Positions 24,829 through 39,700 of a stretch of DNA of 64,000 nt are shown here, one piece after another. Origin of the DNA: Girardia tigrina (taxonomy: Eukaryota); contig MQRK01181483.1 in assembly GCA_001938485.1 (NCBI GenBank), forward strand, positions 17,144-81,143. The letters run 5' to 3'. Position numbers and translations under genes: made by a program. Each line of letters opens with the position of its first letter. Position 1 is the stretch's first letter. Below the pieces are notes generated by a model. That model ran no database searches and had not been told where the DNA came from. It saw only the letters and a program-made list of their open reading frames with translations.

Positions 24829-25254
24829 TGTTTGAAATATATTCACTTTGAGGAATTTCAGGGACTGTTGATTTTGTAAATTTCGATATTTTCGTTGTTG
24901 TGGAAAGATTAGAAGGTACTGCCACTTTGATGGATTCAGATTCCTGTCCTGAGTATGAACATTTCCAGTTTCCATTATTTAGAGGATCTGTTGCGTCAAT
25001 GATATATTGAATGACATACCAATTAGTGATCTTGTCAAAGCCATGATCAATACATTGGATCATTTTATCAGATAGACATTCCTTCGACTGAGCAAAACAA
25101 GTTTTTTTACAATTTTCTTTGCATATTTTTCCAAATGGACACTCTAAATATATGTTTAACTCTGAATTACGTTCCTGAACACTGCAAGTTAGAATCATTT
25201 GAAGATGATTTACAGACAGTTGCATTTTGACATTAGGTGAAGAAGCAAAGCTTA
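24829..25254 (-). CDS. Ectodomain exon (Ig-like domain with Cys-rich insert and S/T-rich stalk) of the putative receptor
   Basis: Acceptor tttatttAG, donor GTAAGT, 426 nt, phase 1-1. Begins with xSFA-SS, like a signal-peptide end. Contains ILTCSV (B-strand-like), DPLNNGNWKCSY (F-strand-like) and 8 Cys. Confidence 0.8.
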
Positions 25255-28200
25255 CTAAATAAAATATTGAAAATAATCTGACTTTAGTTTAATAAAACTT
25301 CAAAATTTTAAAAAGAAAATATGCAATCAACTCTTAAATAAATCATTATTTAAAGAACATTCTATATATAATAATCACAAATAAACATTCTTTTCAAATG
25401 AAAAGCATTAATTTATTCGACTGAAGAAATATCTATTAATATAAAAATGCACTAAAGAGTAAAGAATAAATTAATATAACACTACCAAAAAATCATTGAT
25501 AAAAATTTATTTTAATTAATTTCCATTGTCTTCTATTATTGTCTTCATGGTGCAGCCTCATTAGAACTATCTACTGATACGACTAAAAATAAAAGCTTTC
25601 GACGTTAACACTTTAAATTTTAGATTCAATATTTTCTATGAAAAATTAATATATTTATAATTAATTAATATATTTATATTTTTATATTATATTTATATAT
25701 ATATACATTGTCTTTAGAGAAATTTAAATTAATTATTATTTTATTGTATTTTTTAGAAGTGATTATTTACTAAAAAATGAAATCATTGGAATCATTGATA
25801 AAATTGTGTTTACTAAGCAATACATATTTGACTTCAAACGCATTAGATTGAAAAGTGCAATGGCCTCTACTAGATGGATGTTTGATTACATGCTGAGTAA
25901 AATGACAAGATGTTCTCTACTGCAATGACATTTACATTGTGACACAAGGCATTGGAATCATTAGTTCACTTTACAGAGAAAAAGTTTATTTTTATATTTT
26001 GAGCACTAAAGCTCTTATTATTAATCGTACCAGTAGATAGTTTTAGTGTGGCTGTTCCATGAAAGTAATGAAAATTAACTACATTAAATTTAAACTAATT
26101 CATATAACATTTTTGACAATTTTTAATAAATTTATTTTTTACTTTTTAGTGAATTTTTATGTTATTAGAAAATATTTTTTCGTGGAAGAGAAAATAAATC
26201 AATTTACCTATATAATTCATTTCATATGGATATAGTTTTTTTTCGTTTTTAGTGTTCATATTAAATTCCCTTGAAAATATATTTATATTTCGTTTATCTA
26301 GTTTTTGAGTTTGAATTCAAATCGAAATCTCATCACCGAATTTCACATTAGATCTAATATTTAAGAAATCTAAGTTGAATCAATTAAATATCGTTAAATC
26401 TTTTAGTTGTCACCAAAATATTATGTCTTGAATTGTAAATTATTAGAATTTGAAACCACGGAAAAATATTTAGAGAAAAAGAAAAGATCAAAGATCTCTC
26501 ATATTATTCATTTTTGTCTTTTTAATCAATTGAAAACTAATTTTTCATCAACTGATCATAAATAGAACAAGCAGAAATCAAGTCATAAAATAAGAAATGA
26601 AACTATTAATCATCTCAAACTATTCAAAAATTTAAAATTTATGAAATAAAATGCGGAAAAAATATTTTTTTATTTTTTTGAAGGCGTGTTTTACAAATTT
26701 AGCTTGATCTATTTTTCTAGAGTACTGGATACAGTACTCAACTAAACCAGGACTGGCTGAACCAGAACCGCCTGATTCATTTACCAAATCAACTAAAACG
26801 AGAGTGCTTCTGTGAGAATTGCCAGTGAGTTGAATTTTATTTTACTGGTGCTAGTTCAGAATTTCTGCTTCAGTCTAAATTGAATTGAGTTCTATGTTCA
26901 AGATGATATTGTTTGATTTATTGAAGCATTACTTTTCTATCTTTAATTATGAGAAATAAATGATTAAAATTAAATCTTATTAAATTTGTTTTCAGTTTTT
27001 TTAGTTTTATCGATGCTTGACGAATCTAACTATAAAGATTTTATTATCGAAATCTTTAATAAATGGACAATGATCAAATTTCAAAGAAACTAATTAAATA
27101 TATCGCGTTAATTAATTGAAATATGATAAATGCTTATGCCATTCTGATGTTGCGATGGACATTATTGCACTTAAATCTTTCAGTCGGAAATATAATAAAC
27201 AGTTTTTGTAAATTACTATTTTCAAATTATAAAATTATAATTTACGCTAAATTTATTTTTATCAATAATGATTAACTAAAAGACACCCAATAAGTGATAA
27301 AAAAAGTTTGGAAATTGTTCTGATGTTGTTAGATCAAATTTTCAGAGTTGAGAAAGACATTTTCATATAAAAAACAACTTCCGGAATCTGGAGCTCACAT
27401 AAATATTTGAATATTATAATTTAAACTTATAAAATGAAATTATAAATTTAACTTGAAAAATTTCAAAACTTAAACATTAAAATGAAAACAAAATCGATTT
27501 TTTTAAATATAAAACATAAATTATAATATGAAATTTAAAGAACACAATTTAAATCTTTAAAACTAAAGAATATAAAATAAAAATATTGGAATATTTAAAT
27601 ATAAATGTAAATTTTAAAATCATATTTTAAAAATTTAGAATGCAATTTTTAAGAACAAAATTCTTACAATGTAATTTTTGAAAATTTAAATAAAACTTAA
27701 AATGTAGTTTAAATTTCTATAAAAAACAAAAAATGATAAATACATTTTCTAAATTTAAATTACGAATTTTAAAATATTCATATTTATATTAAAGTATATT
27801 TATTTATAAAGATGTGTGTGAAGAAAAATGTTCGTCGATTATTTGTTTGACGAAAAAGATTTGTAAAAGAAATAATCTTTGGAGTTGTGACAACTTTTAA
27901 TTTGAGTTCAAACTTAGATATGGTCTTGAGCTAAAACTCGAATCTAACAATTACACAGGAAAGAATTATGGCAAATCTTTGAATAATCTTAATCTATCCA
28001 TATGTAGTCATAAGAATACATATATTCCTGTATATTTGTAACTGTAACAAATATTTTAAGCACGCAACAGAATTAATGCCTTCTAAATTAATTAAAAAGT
28101 ATTTCGTTAGCCTGTCAACATTTGCGTTGCATAAATGCATCATTTTTAAAGAGATCATTTTTTGATATTATAATGAAATATGCATTTAAGTAAAAAGAAA

Positions 28201-29988
28201 AAATAAGAACTACAAATAAATAATAGAATAAGCTCAAAGAAACGAATTTATAAAAAGCTAACATTTATAATATTGAAAATTAGATTTATAAAAGTAATCC
28301 TTTGTTCAAAAATATAATTTACAAATAATTATCATTATTTATTATCGTACAAGTTCTTTTTTCATTGTTAATATTCTAAAAGTTAAAATGTTTATTTTTT
28401 TCTTTTATTTAATTAATATTGTTGACTAATGCAACTTGTTTCAGTGTTACAAATCAATCAAAATCTAGCAAAATGAAGTCAATAAACAATGATAGACAGT
28501 TGCGTGTTCTAGCAACACTCTGACCAATGGACGCATGGAGAAGAACGCCAGAACTAGCAGATAATTACGTCAAACAACTAAGAAAATTCAGATTCATTCT
28601 AAACATGTGTAGAAATACTGTTAATGAATTGAAAATTTTTTAAATGAGTAATTTTTTGATATTGATTCTGATCTCTGTGGGTCCACATCAATGTTACTAC
28701 ACTATGTATGATTGTCGACTTACGAAGAAAATAGAAAATGCAGAAAGAAGCAGAAGCCTTGGGTGTTTTGTTATTCAATGAAGAGGTGTTACTAAATCCG
28801 ACATTTGATTCAGTTTCGAATTTAATTTATACAATCTTAGCGAATCGCTACTAAATCTAAGTACTGACTCTAAGTTTCCTACAAAATAAAACAATCACAA
28901 AACCAATTCTGTAGAGACACTGGTCTGTTAGATTCATTTAACTTTTTTTTGAACGACTGTTCAAGGTACGAACGGTAAATTATTTTTATAGTTTAGTGAT
29001 CTTTTGTTTTGACCGTTCGTATTTGAATATATTTTGATATAGATAAGAATACATTTTATTTTTGAATATTAGAAAGCAATTAGATAAAAATAAAATACTT
29101 TGGTCTAGTTTTTTATTAATACTATTAAAAAAACTGTTTATTTTATTACTAAATGATAATGTATAATATTTTCAAAGACCTATTTTGAAATGTAACGATA
29201 ATATATTCAGAGGGTTAATAATCGTTGATTGTCAATTCTTTTATGAGTTCGTCGATCAAAATAAATTCAAGCTTGTGGTTATATCAGCAATTGAAATCAT
29301 GCTACAAAATAGAACACATTACAATTATAAATAAATAAAATTTAATTCGTTCTAATGTTAAAAATTCTTAAATATCTATCGAATGTTGATATGCAGAAAC
29401 GGAAAAAATAAATATAAATAACATGTTATAACATGAATAATTACAAATCAGTACAAATATTATAACCGTAAAAAATTCTTTATTTTGGAGTAACACAAAT
29501 TAAAAATTATAATATGAAAAGTCCCTAATTGTATAAAAGTATCGGAATTCGTATCACATTGGGGGAATTTCTCTTTCTTTAAATGGGTAGAGCTAAATGT
29601 AAAAGATATCGCTAGTGGTATTTCTTGCACCGAGAGATCAACGAGTTCATTCAACAGGTGGAATTCGTCAGAATCGTCTTAAGATAATCCATTTTTAATT
29701 AATATTTTCTATTTTTGTGATCATGTTTTGAAGAACTTAATAACTAGGTATTTTTCAATTTTTTTTAATTGCAATCATAATAATTATTATCATAGTCATA
29801 CTTATGACTGAATCAATCACTTGATTTACAAAAAATATATCTTAAGATTTTTACTGATAATGATGTTTAATTTAAATTAAATTAATTCTTTATTTTATTT
29901 CTTGTTTTTATTCTGTTCCTATGTTTATTAACCAAGAACCTCCTCGGGCTGCGATAATGAGGAACGTTGATATATTTTGACTTCATAT

Positions 29989-30012
29989 TATATATATATA
30001 TATATATATATA
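29989..30012. repeat. (TA)n microsatellite; others at ~52807-52834 and ~55589-55612
   Basis: Direct reading. Confidence 0.95.
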
Positions 30013-30039
30013 GTCAAAGTTTATTGATAATTTATCAAT

Positions 30040-30865
30040 ACAAATATTTTTGTCATTTATCAAAATATGCATCGATATTATCGACACACTTTTGCCATTT
30101 AAGCTGCAGCTTGTTGAGACCACTTGAATAAAAATTTGGTGGGAGAAAATCTATAAATTTCTGAAATGTCATTTTACGGCATCTTTGGAATTGAATTTTT
30201 TTCATATAAAAACGTTGTTCGAATTGAGGAAGAAATGGTAATCAGTTGGGGTTGGTCTGGTGAGTAAGGAGGATGATGCAGAATTTCCAATTAGAGTTCC
30301 TGTAATTTTATCGCGATATTAAGTGCAGTATGTGATTTTGCATTGTCGTAGAGTAAGACTCGACCTGTTTAATAAACAAGGCTATTTTTCTTTGAGTTTC
30401 ATATTTTCCAATTGGTATCAGTAGACATCTGTTGTCATCCACTAACTAGATTTGATGAATTCATAATGGATTACACCTGTAAATGACCACTAAACACTCA
30501 CCATCAGCTTCTTTTGATGAATGTTGTGCTTTGGACAGTATTTTAGTATTTCAATCGTGTCCACCCAGCTTGCTGAACGCTTGTAATTATCATATTCGAT
30601 CCACTTTTTATCAAAAATGACGATTTGATTGAAAAAGTGGTCATATTTATAAGAAAGCATCATCAAGCAGGCATCCAAACACTTTTGTTTCTGTTTTTCA
30701 TTCAACTCATGTGGAATCCACTTATCCAACTTTTTCACTTTACTAATTTGAGCCAAGTGATTCAATATTATTTGCTGTGTAACAGCAACCGTTAGCGATA
30801 AATCATGAGCACTTCGTGATGGGTTACAATTCCACGATTACCTATAGTTCGTCATTGTTTACCGG
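30040..30865 (-). mobile_element. Degenerate mariner remnant
   Basis: HLAQISKVKKLDKWIPHELN, IVIFDKKWIEYDN, KKLMVSV and an HPPYSPD-like region; many stops. Confidence 0.88.
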
Positions 30866-31010
30866 CGTTTTTTTTCATAGATTGATTGAAATAATTAGTA
30901 AATTTAAGTTACTAAATTAATTGCATAGTTATTAAACAGATAGAGAAACCATATATTATTTGAAAAACATATTATTTAATAATAGAATTATGATTTTATG
31001 AAAAAATATA

Positions 31011-32635
31011 CCGTGCGATTCATAAGTCGTCGTCTCAAGATATGGAACTATACTTCGATGTAATGTAAAACTTTTTGAATATGATATAAATGTATTACGA
31101 CATGGTTTTTTACGCAGTACAACTTGAAGACATGAAAAGAAAAAGGTTTTACAATAATTGTTCAAAATGTTCACTATTTTTCTGCAAACAGATTGCATCG
31201 CTCCACAAAATTCGTGTAACATTTTCGAATGATGCGGTGATCGATGTCTGACTCGACTTTTTCTCTTATAAAGCAAAGAAAAGCTATGGTTTTCTCCAGA
31301 CTTTCATATTCAATTATATTCCTTTGATTGTTTACGGCATATTGATTGATTATCCGGTTATTCAATATCTATGAAATTGAAATTTTTAATGTATGATATT
31401 AGTTTGTGTACTTTCACTTTTATTCAAATGCGCCAACTGCCAGTACAATGGCTGAAGCAATTGGAAATGTCGAATTTTCTATTAAAGATAAAGTTTTCAT
31501 CACTAGTCATGCAATCGTTTATGAAAGCTGCACAAAAGCGTGTCAAATTTTTAAAGAGCGTTTCAAACGTGAACCGCCACCGAGAACAACAGTTCAGCAT
31601 TGGAAGAAGAAATTCGAAGAAACGGGGAATTTGTCAACAAAACCGCGATCAGGAAGACCATCTGATGAACACATGAAGGAAAATGTTGTTCAGTATGTGA
31701 AAGAAAACGATACTGCAAATCAACGACGGGTTGCACGTGTCCTTGGTACTTCGCAGAGTTCTGTTCATCGTTACCTCAATCAAGAAAAGGTAAAACCTGT
31801 CAAGTTTACTTTTCAACAAGAGTTAACCGACCCAGATCAAAGAATTAAATTTTGTTCTTGGATAATCAACGAAAATGGCACCAATTTTTGCAGAAGAATT
31901 ATTTTTTTTTCTGATGAGGCATCGTTTTACCTTAATGGTCATGTGCGAAAGCATAATATTTTTTATTATTCTGAAGAGAATGAACATCGTTTGATTCGTG
32001 TGCCTATGAAATCACCGGGATTAACTGTTTAGACAGTTGTTTCCTACGACCTTGGAATAACTTTCAGTATTATCCGTGAAACAATGAACCAGGTACGATA
32101 TGTCGACGTTCTGAATCAAAAGTTGCTGCCTTTTGTTGGGGATAACACGCAACACTGGTATCAACATGATGGCGCACCCCCGAATTTCAGCATTGCAGCG
32201 CAAACGTGGCTGGATGAACATTTCCCGCAAAGATGGATTGGTCGTAGAGGACCCCAGGAATGGCCACTTCGGTCTCCCGATTTGACGATACCTGACTTCT
32301 GGCTATGGAGTTACGTCAAAGATCGAGTTTACGCCATCGAAAATAATTATCTGAACCTCGACGAACTACAAGGCTCCATTTCAAGAGTGCTATCAGACAT
32401 CGATCACCGCATCATTCGAAAATGCTACACGAATTTTGTGGAGCGATGTAATCTATGTTTGCAGAAAAATGGTGAACATTTTGAACAATTATTGTAAAAC
32501 CTTTTTCTTTTCATGTCTTCAAGTTGTACTGCGTAAAAAATCATGTCGTAATACATTTATATCATATTCAAAAAGTTTTACATTACATCGCAGTATAGTT
32601 CCATATCTTGAGACGACGACTTATGAATCGCACGG
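31011..32635 (+). mobile_element. Tc1/mariner DD41D (rosa/Visitor-like) transposon with ~240-bp TIRs
   Basis: Near-identical inverted repeats at 31011-31251 and 32393-32635, flanked by TA. The transposase has FSDEA and QHDGA-x41-D (SPDLTIPDFWLW). Confidence 0.95.
31448..32497 (+). pseudogene. DD41D transposase, 350 codons, with a single premature TAG at 32030-32032
   Basis: ORFs 31406-32032 and 32084-32497 are in the same frame. The only lesion seen is TAG where a conserved Trp (..LTVW) is expected. Confidence 0.9.
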
Positions 32636-35600
32636 TACATTGTCACAAACTCGAAAAATGGATTTTTAATTACTTATTGTAAATCATTAAAAACAGATTG
32701 AAGTCGGTAGAATTGCAAAGAAATTGTATTTGAGATGAGAATTCTTTAAGCAGTACAATAGTCAAGAAAAGCCAACATGTCCAATAGTCACCTATGATAA
32801 GAATATGACATAATGTTCTATTGGTGTACACTATTATCTATACATAATATCGTTTTAATGAAAAATTAATATCATTCCTTTGTAATAAATAAATAAAATA
32901 AAAATTACTTTAATTTCTTAATTAGTGAAACAATATTTGTTTTAATATAGTTTAAATAGCATTTACTTTTACTCCAGTTAATTAACAACTTAGGTATGGA
33001 AGAATAAATAGTTATATTTAGCTGGTTTTTATAATTGTTAGCGGTTGACAATTGTCATTGATATTGTACATTGATTTAAACATTATTATTTGTGCTCGAA
33101 TTGAATTGATCCAAAAAAATGAAACGGCGCCATTAACTAGAAATGTTGCTTTATTGTTTAGGAAAAGGTTTCGTATTTTTCCTCTAAGTAGTTTTACATA
33201 AAGAATTTTGGTTTTGGGCATCCAAGGGCTTTTTTGTTTCGAAGAAAAGTTTGTAGGGAGAATTGTTTCTGTAAGGCTGAGTATTATTTTCAGATGAAAA
33301 TTCAGATATTTTCGAAACCTTTATTTAATAACAACAATATAAACATTATTCCAACAAGTTTTCTTAATTAAATTTCTGAGGAACGATTTTTAAATTTTTC
33401 TTGCTCAAACCAATAAAATTATCATAAGTGTAAATATAAATATAAATAAATAGAATTGAATAGTCCACATATCTTAAAGTTAAAGTGAAAATTCTGCCTT
33501 GAAAAATATTTTAAATTTAGTATGTTGAAATTAGTGTGTTTATTTTTTTATGTTGAGTTTAATATTTGGAAATGTGTTTCTCCTACGCAGATGAAAAATT
33601 GGTATTTTTGATGTTCGCAATGAATAGTTATTGGAGCATAGTTTGCATTTTAAATTACAACATAAGATATTAAAAGACTTTTAAAATATTAAATCGTTTG
33701 AATATTAAAAATTTGGATAACGTAAAAAATTTTAAACTTACTTTTAAATTGATTAAATAAATGTTTTTTTTCTTAAAATAAAATCATTTTAAAACGAAAT
33801 CAATTTTTAGATAAAATTATTAATGAAATTAAAAGAATAATATTAAAATAAAATCTAAAAATAATTTAAAATGAAAATTTGTTCAAATAATTGTGCATTA
33901 AAGATACATATTTAAATAAAATATATATTTAACGAGTTTTTAACAATACAGGTTTGCAATTCAGCTTATCACCAAGGAAGAATTTTAAATAACTATGAAT
34001 AAAAATTTTACATTTGGAGTCTATTTTAATAAATAAGGATTTTTTTCAAATTTCATTTGTTTTTTCATATGAAATTAATAATTTTTCATGATTAATATAT
34101 AAAATTTTCATATTTAATTGATAAGTTTCATAATAAATTGATATTGTTTCATATTAAATACAGAAATTTTCAAATTAAATTGATTTTTTTTAATTAAATA
34201 CATAATCTTTCACTTTTAATTGAGAAATTTTCATATTAAAATGAAAGTTTTTCATATAGTTAGTGAAATCGAAAAAAAATGACTAGTTCATGAATTCGGC
34301 AATTGGACTATTTCAGAAAACTGTTACCGAATTCACAAATTAGGTCAAATATTTTGCCTAGTTCGTAAATACTCAAATACAATTTACGAATTTCAAATAT
34401 AATTGTTATAATTTAAATTTAATAATATAAACGGCGGTACCAAAAAGGGCTGCTCCATATTTTATGACTTTATGCTTCCGTTTAAGACTTTCACAAAGAC
34501 TTGTTTCCTAACTTCATAGTTAGAGTCAAATTAGAGTTTGCTTCTTGTATCCATTTTGTCTATTCTTCTGTCATCGAGTTTGTTAAACTAACAGAAATTA
34601 CAACCCTATGAGTTATTAAATGTGTTCTTTAACAACTTTTTAATAGACAAAAACTCAGCTCTAGAAAATGTTCATATAGTATTATGTTTCCCTTAACATT
34701 GAAGGTAACTTGTTTTGAATACAACATCATGGTGAGTCTTTTCATGCCCACTTGTTTCTTTAGCGACAATTTCATTAAAAATTCACATAAAATTTAATTC
34801 AGCTTCAAAATAATTTTAAAACTTTTTTAAAATTTTAATTTTAAAATTTTTTAGAAATTAAAGTTTTAAATTATTCAAATCTCGATCAACGAAATGAAAA
34901 TCAACTAACTCATCATATACCTTTCATTTTAAAATCACCATTAAAATACCTTTTACTTATGCACTGATTTTGATAATTTTTAAAATATAAATTATTATTT
35001 CATTTGAAGGGACTCTTTAAAACATGTTTATCTTTCTAGGGTGTATTATTGTGATATATTGTCTAATAAATTTGGATACTTAGAACTACCCCTAAAATGT
35101 ATATGGGAACTTTGTTGTACAATAGAAAAAATATTCTTTGGGACATATCAGTGCCTGTTCTTAAAGAAACAAATAAAGGTCAAGTACCTTATTCAATAAC
35201 CCTAGTTTGAAAATCAAAATTTATCTCCAATTTTAAAATTGGGAAACCAGTGATAATTAAATTTATGTGCCAGTTTAGCTGGCAATTCACAAATAGTTTT
35301 GATTTGTTTGAAAGGAAACCTTTGAAATTCATAAGTGAAACAGTCATAAAATTACATATATTTCTATAAATACTCTTTTTAAATGCTCCTAATCCTTTAG
35401 AATATATGCTATTTCAAAATAAAAATAAATTTATTCAAAAATATAAATCTTTATATTTCGAAATATAAATAATCGTACTCCAAAATATAAAATAGTTAAA
35501 AATTGAAAGATCCCATAAAAATTTTTAAAAAAGGAATAAACTAAATTATATTAAATAAGAACAGTCTTTTTTCAATTTTTTAGGTTCTTTAATTTTTAGT

Positions 35601-36674
35601 TGAGAAAATTATTTTCATTGTAAAAATGAAGGTCATGTAATTGCTTGAAGTATTAAGTACTTTGCTCTTCGGAAATTTGCTGTAAATTTTACAATGACAA
35701 TCTTTTTCTGGTAATTTCCATAGATTTTGAAGTTCAAAAAATGAAACAGAGATATTTGAAATCCATCTTCCTTTTAAAATTACGTCATTCTATTAAGAGT
35801 TACAGCATTATCCATAACTTATTATTATCCATAATCAACTCTTTTACACCGGCCTTGTCATTGTTAAAGCTTTTTCAGCATATTTTATTAATTATTTGCA
35901 CATCTGTTAAACATTTTGTTATTTTATTACATAAAGAGATCCTCAAATAATATAAAAGATTTACCAATTCGGATATTTCGGTTATAGATTTATTTTTATC
36001 CAACGGGTTTTCGCATTGTCTGATTGTTTAAGTAATAATGATTGTTCTTGATTTTCTGGTCATTAAATTATCAGGGTGTAAACAATTATTTTTAATAATT
36101 TCAAATTAAATTCGATGGTTTGTTGTATAGTAACAAATGTTTTAACATAAGTAATTTGTATTATTGTTTATAATTAGGAAAACTATTATTTTTATTTAAG
36201 AATAATAAAATTCCTATTTTGAAATAGTTTTTGTATTTTAGAACAACTATTTAATGATTTATTTATGCTGTTAAATGTTTTCTTTTAAATCTTTCTTAAC
36301 CTGTGTCAATACATAATTAGTCCTATTAAGAACACCAATTTGATTTTTTATATTTTTATTTAAACAACAATTTTGATTGTCCTCAAAACAATCTTTGTCA
36401 AAACTTTCGTGCATTTGCATTCAAAGCGAAAATTGATTAATGGTTTTAATTCTCATTACTTTTTTAGAAAATGGGGAAATAAATATTTAAATAAAATATT
36501 CACTCAAAACTTATTGGATAATAATTAAAATGATAATTAATTATTTAAGAAATATTAATTTCATTTATTTATTAAATATTATAAAACTTAATTAACTTAT
36601 TTAAAATTTTAAAATTATATGAAATTAAAATAAATTTAAACATTACATATTTTTAGATAATAAGAATTAAAATA

Positions 36675-36764
36675 TTAATCATCCATCTGGGTAGGAGAGA
36701 CGCATTTCCAAATCAACATACATATTCAAACACAAAACATCAAACATTCAAAATATTCCTCACA
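36675..36764 (-). repeat. Dispersed repeat family A (TGTGAGGAATAT terminus and CATCTGGGTAGGAGAGAC core), ~8 copies
   Basis: Related copies at 8780(+), ~33570(+, core only), 36764(-), 45532(-, terminus only), 48428(-), 48863(-), 51920(-) and 61030(+). Confidence 0.85.
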
Positions 36765-39700
36765 AGTCCAATGTTACTTTATTGATGTACTCTATTTGTT
36801 TGTTTTTTTAGACTTAATGAAAATTCTTGTGTGATTACTAAACCAGAAAACAAATTTAAAATTCTTGGAATTGGGCCTTTTATCATATTCTCTTTTTATA
36901 TTTCTCATTGCAAAAACATATTGTTATTGTATAAAGAGTTGTTTTTGTAGATTTTCCTTATACTACCGTTTGAGATCATCGATGTATCGTAGTATAAATG
37001 ATCTCAAGAAAAGAAAGGTTTTATATTTATTTTCAATTATCTAGTAAGTCTATTCTTAAGATGAAAACGATACATGACTTATTTGCATGCATTTCAATAG
37101 GACCTTCATCAATACAATTCTTACGAGACGTCATAAAAATGATTATAGGAAACCAATTGTGTTTAGATCTTTTTGAATGTAACATGCATCATTAAAAAGA
37201 ATACATCTGATATAAAATTTGAGATGTTCTTCCAATTTCTGTTAATTCTTTATCTTATTCACTGACTCGAAATTGTCTTCTCATATATTTTCACACAGAT
37301 TAATACTTTTATCAATGAACATATTCGTAAACTGGAGAAATCAAAAAAAATATACATTCAGAGTCAGATTTAGATATATGGTTTAAAATAGTCTTTAAAA
37401 TTAAATCTATCCCTGATTTCAAAATAGTTGGAGAAAAAATTTTTGAATAGTTTATGAAACAACAAGTACAAAAGTAAGAGAAAAAATGTAATTGCGGATT
37501 GAGAAAAATTTACAGACTCAAAAATTTTTAAGCATCTTGAGAAATAATTTTCTTCGATTTTTGAATCAATAGTAAATCAAGGGTCTATCCTACCTTATTT
37601 TGCAGTGACAATCGTCGATAACACATACCTATAGGATAAACAGCCATATGTAGTTTAGATTATAAAATTTTGCATATTTTGTAACTGACATATTCACAGT
37701 TTTTCGAATTTCAGGTCGATACTTTTATTCTTTAGAAGATACCCAACACCCTCCTAATAAATTTTGAAAAAAAGACTTTAAATACATTGTAAAAATAGTA
37801 ACAAAACTTGTATAAATATTTTTCAATAACAAAATAAATATAATATTAAAGTTAAAAGTAACTGAAAAATCTAATAGTGAATTAAGAAAAGTTCGAAAGA
37901 ACAAACGAATTTGCAAAAATAGTCTGAATCTTTAGAAATTATTATTTCAATTTCGAATAATTACCAATTTAAATAATCAAAAAAATAATTTCCAAATTGA
38001 AGAAAATTATTTAATCGATAAATGAATCAATATTATATTTTTTGAAAATAAAATTGTTCGAATAATTGAAAAATTCAGAAAATTTAATATAAATAGATAA
38101 ATGTTATCAAATTGAAAATAAATGTATGTTTTATTTTGATAATTTTAAATATTTTAAATTATATTTCATTATATTAATTATATTATTAATTATATTTAAA
38201 TTAAATTTTTTTGAAAATTTTCATGAAATTAATGAATACAATACAATATTGAAAAATGGCTTGCAAAATAAGTCAAAAACGTTAATGAATATTTTTCAAC
38301 AAAATTTATAAAATATTAAAATTAAAAGTAAAGAAAAAACTTTATAAATTGAAAAAAGTTCAAAAGATAAAAAATTGAAAAATTTTACTACATCTAGAAA
38401 TAATTTTCTTCAATTTTTCAATAGTTCACAATGAACAAAATTAGCTTTTATTTTACATAACAAATTTTATGAAGGTAAAATATTATTTTATAAACATTCC
38501 TTAGTAATATATTTCACTTGAATAAAATTTAAATAATTAAAAAATTATAGTCTAAATCTAAAATAAATAAATTTAATATACAATTTCTTCAGAAAGTCGT
38601 TGGTGATTTTTATGAATGTTGACACGTAACTTCCATCATATTTAGATTTAAATATTTGAAGATATTTACTTGAAGACATTAAGTTAATCATTTGAAAAGA
38701 ACTTTCGTTTTGAGTGACTCTATGGAAGAATAGAAGGTGTAAGAGTAGAAGATTATTCAAAGAGAAGTATGATTATGAAGAGCTTGTAATATCGACAGTG
38801 AAATACTAGAAGACCAAGTTTTTAAAACCGGATTAAAGTCCCACATGATATTTAATAGGTATTGAGAAGGAATCGAATACGTAAATCGTTTGACTCCATG
38901 ATATTTCGAAAGTAAAACAGTTACTTGTTGAGGGTGACACTGATCGATGAGTAAAATTTTGTGAAGTTGTTTAAGAAAAACTTAGTCACTATCCTGCACT
39001 GCAAGACAATACCGACTATTATAATATAAATTATTTGGAAAATGCGAACCAAAACATGTGGATTGGACAAATTGTTTATTATAATAGCTGTCCCAAAACG
39101 ACAAGCAGTGAAAGATAATCCGTTATACTCAGTAACAAAGGGTTCCTACATTTCTCTATAAGCCATTCCAGCAAGATTGTGTCCGAGACACTTGAGTGGC
39201 GATAAAAAGTTCGTTTTGGATCAGTCTCTCTCGGAACGATAATACGACAGACTCGGCGCAGAAAATAATACAGTAAAAAGTAACTGAAACATTTAATTGT
39301 GAATTGAGAAATTTGCTCGTATTTTTAAAAATATTTTAATTTAATTTTGACTAACTAATAATTAATAAAATCATATTTTATTATATCAAAAAAAATAATT
39401 AAGATCAAATATCATTTTATCGAACATTACATTTGTAATTCAAAACATTTTATTAAATGGACAAAAAAATCAATTTAAAATATAAAAACAATAAACGTTT
39501 TTAATTATTTGATATAACTTTTAAATTTATTTAACATATATAAATTTTTTGAAAAATAATCCGATGCATAAACATATATTAATATAAATACGCAAAACAA
39601 AAAAAAACTAACCGGTTATACACATAAAAATCGTCACGAGTTTCATTGCCGAATACGAAGAAAGAAAAACGTTTAATTTATCTTATTTTTTTCCAAAGAA

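Noticed and set aside
25255-25380. Start codon or signal-peptide exon directly upstream of the ectodomain exon
   Set aside because: The nearby ATGs hit stops or offer no phase-1 donor; the first exon remains unlocated.
30956-31365. Minus-strand ORFs resembling the transposase C-terminus
   Set aside because: They are just the mirror image created by the long TIR.
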